Positions 7,641 through 11,912 of a DNA stretch of 11,912 bases are shown piece by piece. Origin of the DNA: Octopus sinensis (taxonomy: Eukaryota); assembly GCF_006345805.1 (NCBI RefSeq), contig NW_021826822.1:1-11912 (forward strand), in the 5' to 3' direction. Position numbers and translations under genes: made by a program. Below the pieces are notes generated by a model, which saw nothing but the letters and a program-made list of their open reading frames with translations, was not told the DNA's origin and ran no database searches. Within the stretch, counting starts at the first letter, position 1; every line of letters begins with the position of its first letter.

Positions 7641-7992
7641 TCTCTTTTACTCTTTTACTTGTTTCAGTCATTTGACTGCGGCCATGCTGGAGCACCGCCT
7701 TTAGTCGAGCAGATCGACCCCGGGGCTTATTCTTTTTGTAAGCCTAGTACTTATTCTATCAGTCTCTTTTTGCCGAACCGCTAAGTGACGGGGACGTAAA
7801 CACACCAGCATCGGTTGTCAAGCAATGCTAGGGGGACAAACACAGACGTACAAACACACACACACATATATATATATACATATATACGACAGGCTTCTTT
7901 CAGTTTCCATCTACCAAATCCATTTACAAGGCATTGGTCGGCCCGGGGCTATAGCAGAAGACACATGCCCAAGATGCCACGCAGTGACACTG
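7641..7992 (-). mobile_element. tRNA-derived SINE (family D), 5'-truncated
   Basis: Reverse complement of about 8427-8765, including the internal (TA)/(CA) tract and the gtgctccagcatggccgcagtcaaatgactgaaac tail. The A/B-box head is missing. Confidence 0.92.
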
Positions 7993-8171
7993 AAAAAGAG
8001 CGAAGGTGATTTAACCCATTAATCCGATGTAGATAATCTCTTAGTTATACAGATTAACTGCAGCAGAGACTCATTCGCCGAGTGGTTTATTCCGAAACAC
8101 TTATCAAGATTGAGGAGTGCCTTTCCAAGAAACACCATGCGTTAAAATCCCTTCCTTAGCTATAATAAGCC

Positions 8172-8201
<30 letters not shown>
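8172..8201. repeat. (AAT)n
   Basis: Directly visible. Confidence 0.97.
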
Positions 8202-8202
<1 letters not shown>

Positions 8203-8369
8203 GGCGCAGGAGTGGCTGTGTGGTAAGTAGCTTGCTAACCAACCACATGGTTCCGGGTTTAGTCCCACTGCGCGGCACCTAGGGCAAGTGTCTTCTGCTA
8301 TAGCCCCGGGCCGACCAATGCCTTGTGAGTGGATTTGGTAAACGGAAACTGAAAGAAACCTGTCGTATA
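8203..8369 (+). mobile_element. SINE family D, 3'-truncated first unit of a tandem dimer
   Basis: A box TGGCTGTGTGG, B box-like GGTTTAGTCCC and CORE-like gggcaagtgtcttct. It repeats at a 161-bp offset with about 10 differences. Confidence 0.92.
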
Positions 8370-8770
8370 GGAGTGGCTGTGTAGTAAGTAGCTTGCTAAC
8401 CAACCACATGGTTCTGGGTTCAGTCCCACTGCGCGGCATCTTGGGCAAGTGTCTTCTGCTATAGCCCCGGGCCGACCAAAGCCTTGTGAGAGGATTTGGT
8501 AGACGGAAACTGAAGAAGCCTGTCGTGTATATGTATATATATATATGTATGTGTGTTTTTGTGTTGTCTTGTTTGTCCCTAGCATTGCTTGAGAACCGAT
8601 GGTGGTGTGTTTATGTCCCCGTTACTTAGCGGTTCGGCAAAAGACACCGATAGAATAAGTACTGGGCTTACAAAGAATAAGTTCCGGGATCGAGTTGCTC
8701 GATTAAAGGCGGTGCTCCAGCATGGCCGCAGTCAAATGACTGAAACAAGTAAAAGAGAAAAAGAAAGAGA
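8370..8770 (+). mobile_element. SINE family D, near full length
   Basis: A/B boxes, CORE-like segment, internal microsatellite, a CAGTC-aaat-GACTG tail hairpin and an A-rich end running into (AAT)n at 8770-8790. Confidence 0.92.
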
Positions 8771-8790
8771 ATAATAATAATAATAATAAT

Positions 8791-9059
8791 GATCCCTGGC
8801 TTACCATCCCTGTAAGAAGTGCAAAAGATTGTCTTAACTGGTACATCACACGTATTGAGAAGAGCATTGTCGATGTGAGAACTATTACTACCCATGTATT
8901 TTAATTTAACTTTATTTCTATCAAAAAAAAAAAAAATGAACGAACTAGTGAGTTTAGTTAAATGGCCTACCAATGTATACAATGAGTTTCTTTGCCCTAG
9001 GAGTCGGGAAGACACTCGGCAAGAAATGGAAGCAAATTTGAAAGATGAAGAAAAACCCA
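8791..9059 (+). mobile_element. 5'-truncated Dong/R4-clade LINE 3' end in an (AAT)n target
   Basis: 8792-8878 reads IPGLPSL*EVQKIVLTGTSHVLRRALSM*, matching the QK.VL.GT.HILR..L C-terminal motif of R4/Dong restriction-like endonuclease ORFs. A ~180-bp 3' UTR follows. (AAT)n lies on both sides. Confidence 0.8.
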
Positions 9060-9073
9060 TAATAATAATAATT

Positions 9074-9617
9074 CCCTGATACAATACCAGGTCTCATGGT
9101 TTCTGATCTTAACTGATTGGAAGTGTTATCATGTACATTGTTTTGTCTTGGAATAAAAGATGGGCTACAGCAAATATTCTGCTCAATACCACAGATTTGC
9201 TTGTCAGTTGTTTGACCTTAACCAGTTGAGCATGTCCCTTAGTGGCTGACGATATGTGCATCTCTGATCACGAACAGAAGTAGTGAGGAAGCATCATAGC
9301 TATGTGTTGAAATGGATTCTTTGGGGTTTGAATATTTCACCTCTGGAAACATGGGTGTTTCATTCAACATCTTTAAACAACCCTTATTCAGGGACCTTTT
9401 GAGCGGGATGGGTAATGCGACCAGAAGATAATTCTAACTGGGCCCCACCTTCAAGGTCATGTGCTGTTTATCTTGATATGCGATCACGGTGTCGTGCACA
9501 TATGGTTGTGATGCATGTGCCTGGTGTACACTTATCAGACGGGTAGTCTGAATGTATATTGGGTTTCGTATATTTTACCCCAGTTTTATTTTAATGGGAT
9601 GCACTGCCCTCTCACTC
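9074..9617 (+). mobile_element. Unclassified putative retroelement (non-coding, (AAT)n-tailed)
   Basis: Complex sequence bracketed by (AAT)n at 9060-9072 and a long (AAT)n tail at 9618-9680. There is no recognisable ORF or A/B box. It resembles an octopus repeat from memory, which cannot be verified here. Confidence 0.5.
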
Positions 9618-9626
9618 AATAATAAC

Positions 9627-9680
<54 letters not shown>
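9618..9680. repeat. (AAT)~21
   Basis: Directly visible. Confidence 0.98.
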
Positions 9681-9681
<1 letters not shown>

Positions 9682-9867
9682 GTAATTTCGTTTTTGAATT
9701 TGGTTTGCAAGATTCTTTATGTGAGTTCGTGTGTTGAAGCATATTCTGTTGTGTCTGGGGAGAGTCATTTTCTTTTTTGTGCCTTATAATGTAACACACT
9801 CACCGTAAAATTTCCACTTATTTCTTATTTCGTTGCGTCTTGCAACCTTTTCGATAGTCTTGACTAT

Positions 9868-9888
9868 CCACTGAGCCATGCGCCTTCA
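9868..9888 (-). mobile_element. SINE 5' head stub (A box only)
   Basis: The minus strand reads tgaaggcgcatggctcagtgg, similar to the 7580 head gaaggtgcatggcttagcgg. Confidence 0.6.
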
Positions 9889-9889
9889 T

Positions 9890-9892
<3 letters not shown>

Positions 9893-9932
<40 letters not shown>
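9893..9932. repeat. (CA)20
   Basis: Directly visible. Confidence 0.98.
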
Positions 9933-9935
<3 letters not shown>

Positions 9936-10029
9936 GTGTACCGAATGTAATTGTAATGAGTGAGTCAGCTAGTAGATTTCTTTTCCTGAAAATCCAAGCG
10001 TATCCAGAGTAACAGGAAAGGCTTTCATT

Positions 10030-10945
10030 GTTTGTATGTTTGTTTTTGTGTATGTGGTGTATATATGTATGTATGTGGTGTATATATGTAAGTGTGTGTG
10101 TATGTATGTATGTGTGTGTGTATGTATGTATGTTCGTGTGTGTATGTATGTATGTTCGTGTGTGTATGTATGTATGTTCGTGTGTGTATGTATGTATGTT
10201 CGTGTGTGTATGTATGTATGTTCGTGTGTGTATGTATGTATGTTCGTGTGTGTATGTATGTATGTTCGTGTGTGTATGTATGTATGTGTATATATGTAAG
10301 TGTGTGTATGTATGTATGTGTGTGTGTATGTATGTATGTTCGTGTGTGTATGTATGTATGTTCGTGTGTGTATGTATGTTATGTGTTATGTATGTATGTA
10401 GTGTGTGTGTATGTATGTATGTGTGTGTTATGTATGTATGTTCGTGTGTGTATGTATGTATGTTCGTGTGTGTATGTATGTATGTTCGTGTGTGTATGTA
10501 TGTATGTCGTGTGTGTATGTATGTATGTTCGTGTGTGTATGTATGTATGTTCGTGTGTGTATGTATGTATGTGTTCGTGTGGTATGTATGTATGTGTATA
10601 TATGTAAGTGTTGTGTATGTATGTATGTGTGTGTGTATGTATGTATGTTTCGTGTGTGTATGTATGTATGTTGTGTGTGTGTAATGTATGTATGTGTGTA
10701 TGTATGTAAGTGTGTGTGTATGTATGTATGTGTGTGTGTATGTATGTATGTTCGTGTGTGTATGTATGTATGTTCGTGTGTGTATGTATGTATGTTCGTG
10801 TGTGTATGTATGTATGTTCGTGTGTGTATGTATGTATGTTCGTGTGTGTATGTATGTATGTTCGTGTGTGTATGTATGTATGTGTATATATGTATGTGTG
10901 TGTGTATGTATGTAAGCATGCATGTATGTATGTATGTTTGTATGC
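10030..10945. repeat. 22-bp minisatellite TATGTATGTATGTTCGTGTGTG with variants
   Basis: Directly visible. It is the source of all the HTYI / VCMY pseudo-ORFs. Confidence 0.97.
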
Positions 10946-11135
10946 ATGCACTGCTAGTGAAAGTTTGGGGAAAGTTTGGTCTGCAATGTTTGCAGTCGTG
11001 TATGTTTGTCAAGAGCAGGGCTCATTAGCCACCAACGGGGCCGCAAATGCAAAATATAAGTTAGTCCTAGAGCACACAATGTTCCTGAAGGTCGGCAATG
11101 GTCTTGCTCGGTCACGAGTGGACGGCCATCATCAT

Positions 11136-11480
11136 GTATGTATGTAATTTTGTACGTGTGTGTATGTGTATGTGTGTGTGTGTGCACGTAGTATGTATGT
11201 ATGTAATGTATGCATATATGCATCCATGTATGTATTTGTGTACTTCTGCGTATGTGTGTGGTTATTTATGTAAGTATTATGTAATGAATGCATGTATGTA
11301 TATGTTTGTATGTATACATGTGTTTATATACATATATATTTATCTTTGTATATATGTATGATTATATATATATTTATGTATGTATATATGTATATATGTC
11401 TGATTATATATATATTTATGTATGTATATATGTATGCATATATATATATATTTATGAATGCATGTATATGTACGCATGGC
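11136..11480. repeat. Degenerate (TATG)/(TA)/(TG) microsatellite field
   Basis: Directly visible, including a local ~40-bp duplication (tgattatatatatatttatgtatgtatatatg at 11360 and 11401). Confidence 0.92.
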
Positions 11481-11509
11481 ATGTCTTGTACAGAATCCTT
11501 CTACGCAGA

Positions 11510-11622
11510 TACGCAGAGAGGGAAGGGGAGAGGGAGAGGTGGAGGTGGGATAGAGACGGGCAGACAGACAATCTGACTCAGAAAGAATGACAGTCAGAGA
11601 GACGGACAGAGAGACAAACAGA
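11510..11622. repeat. GA/GACA-rich purine tract
   Basis: Directly visible. Confidence 0.8.
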
Positions 11623-11645
11623 CTTATATATATATACATATATAT

Positions 11646-11891
11646 ATCATCGTGGCCGACCAGGCTATCAGATGCTGCTGTACATCGCCGGTCACAATGC
11701 GCTTCGCATTATTTTAGCCTTTAAGTGATGCCACCCTGCTGGCTAAGCGAGCAGGCCAACAGAAGAAAGAGTGAGAGAAAGTTGTGGCGAAAGAGTACAG
11801 TAGGGATCACCACCACCTCCTACTGGGTCTGGGAATCGAACCGCGATCCTATGACTGCGAGTCCACTGCCCTAACCACTGAGCCTTGCGCA
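11646..11891 (-). mobile_element. tRNA-derived SINE (family A head, ~55-bp internal deletion, alternative tail Y) inserted in (TA)n
   Basis: The minus strand gcgcaaggctcagtggttagggcagtggactcgcagtcataggatcgcggttcgattcccagacc matches the 1157 head. The body matches up to ...ctgttg, then an unrelated tail ggcctgctcgcttagcc...ggtcggccacgatg follows. Confidence 0.9.
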
Positions 11892-11912
11892 TAAATATAT
11901 ATATTATATATA

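Noticed and set aside
10088-10912. Roughly 103-bp multiples between GTAAG interruptions (208, 308, 102, 206)
   Set aside because: There are only four intervals in an indel-rich array, and they are explainable by block duplication of 20-22-bp units.
11077-11103. FLKVGNG as a Helitron/PIF1 helicase motif
   Set aside because: The match is too short, and the expected upstream NMR motif and other helicase context are absent.
9886-11639. Long HTYI / VCMY ORFs (up to 353 aa)
   Set aside because: They are artefacts of TATG/TG repeats, which lack stop codons in most frames.

Overview
Non-coding, repeat-saturated animal genomic DNA. The SINE families, the LINE/Penelope mix and the microsatellite density are most consistent with an octopod cephalopod; this is an inference, not confirmed. 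No host gene is supportable. The long ORFs in the track are translation artefacts of simple repeats. Contents in order: (1) 440-2460, a nested retroelement stack. It has a Penelope-like element (PLE) terminal region with a minimal hammerhead-like fold, PLE RT fragments split by a tandem tRNA-derived SINE, and fragments of a CR1-group LINE on both strands. (2) A complete-looking 377-bp non-autonomous Helitron. (3) About 19.5 copies of an 86-bp satellite, possibly inside a Tc2/pogo-type DNA transposon. (4) A 2-kb CTT / GAY / CCA / GGT low-complexity block. (5) Several SINEs showing modular head/tail exchange and an inverted pair. (6) A chain of same-strand insertions in (AAT)n tracts, including a 5'-truncated Dong/R4-type LINE end. 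(7) A 22-bp TATG/TG minisatellite and a terminal SINE. All element assignments come from manual motif recognition and hand translation; no search was run.
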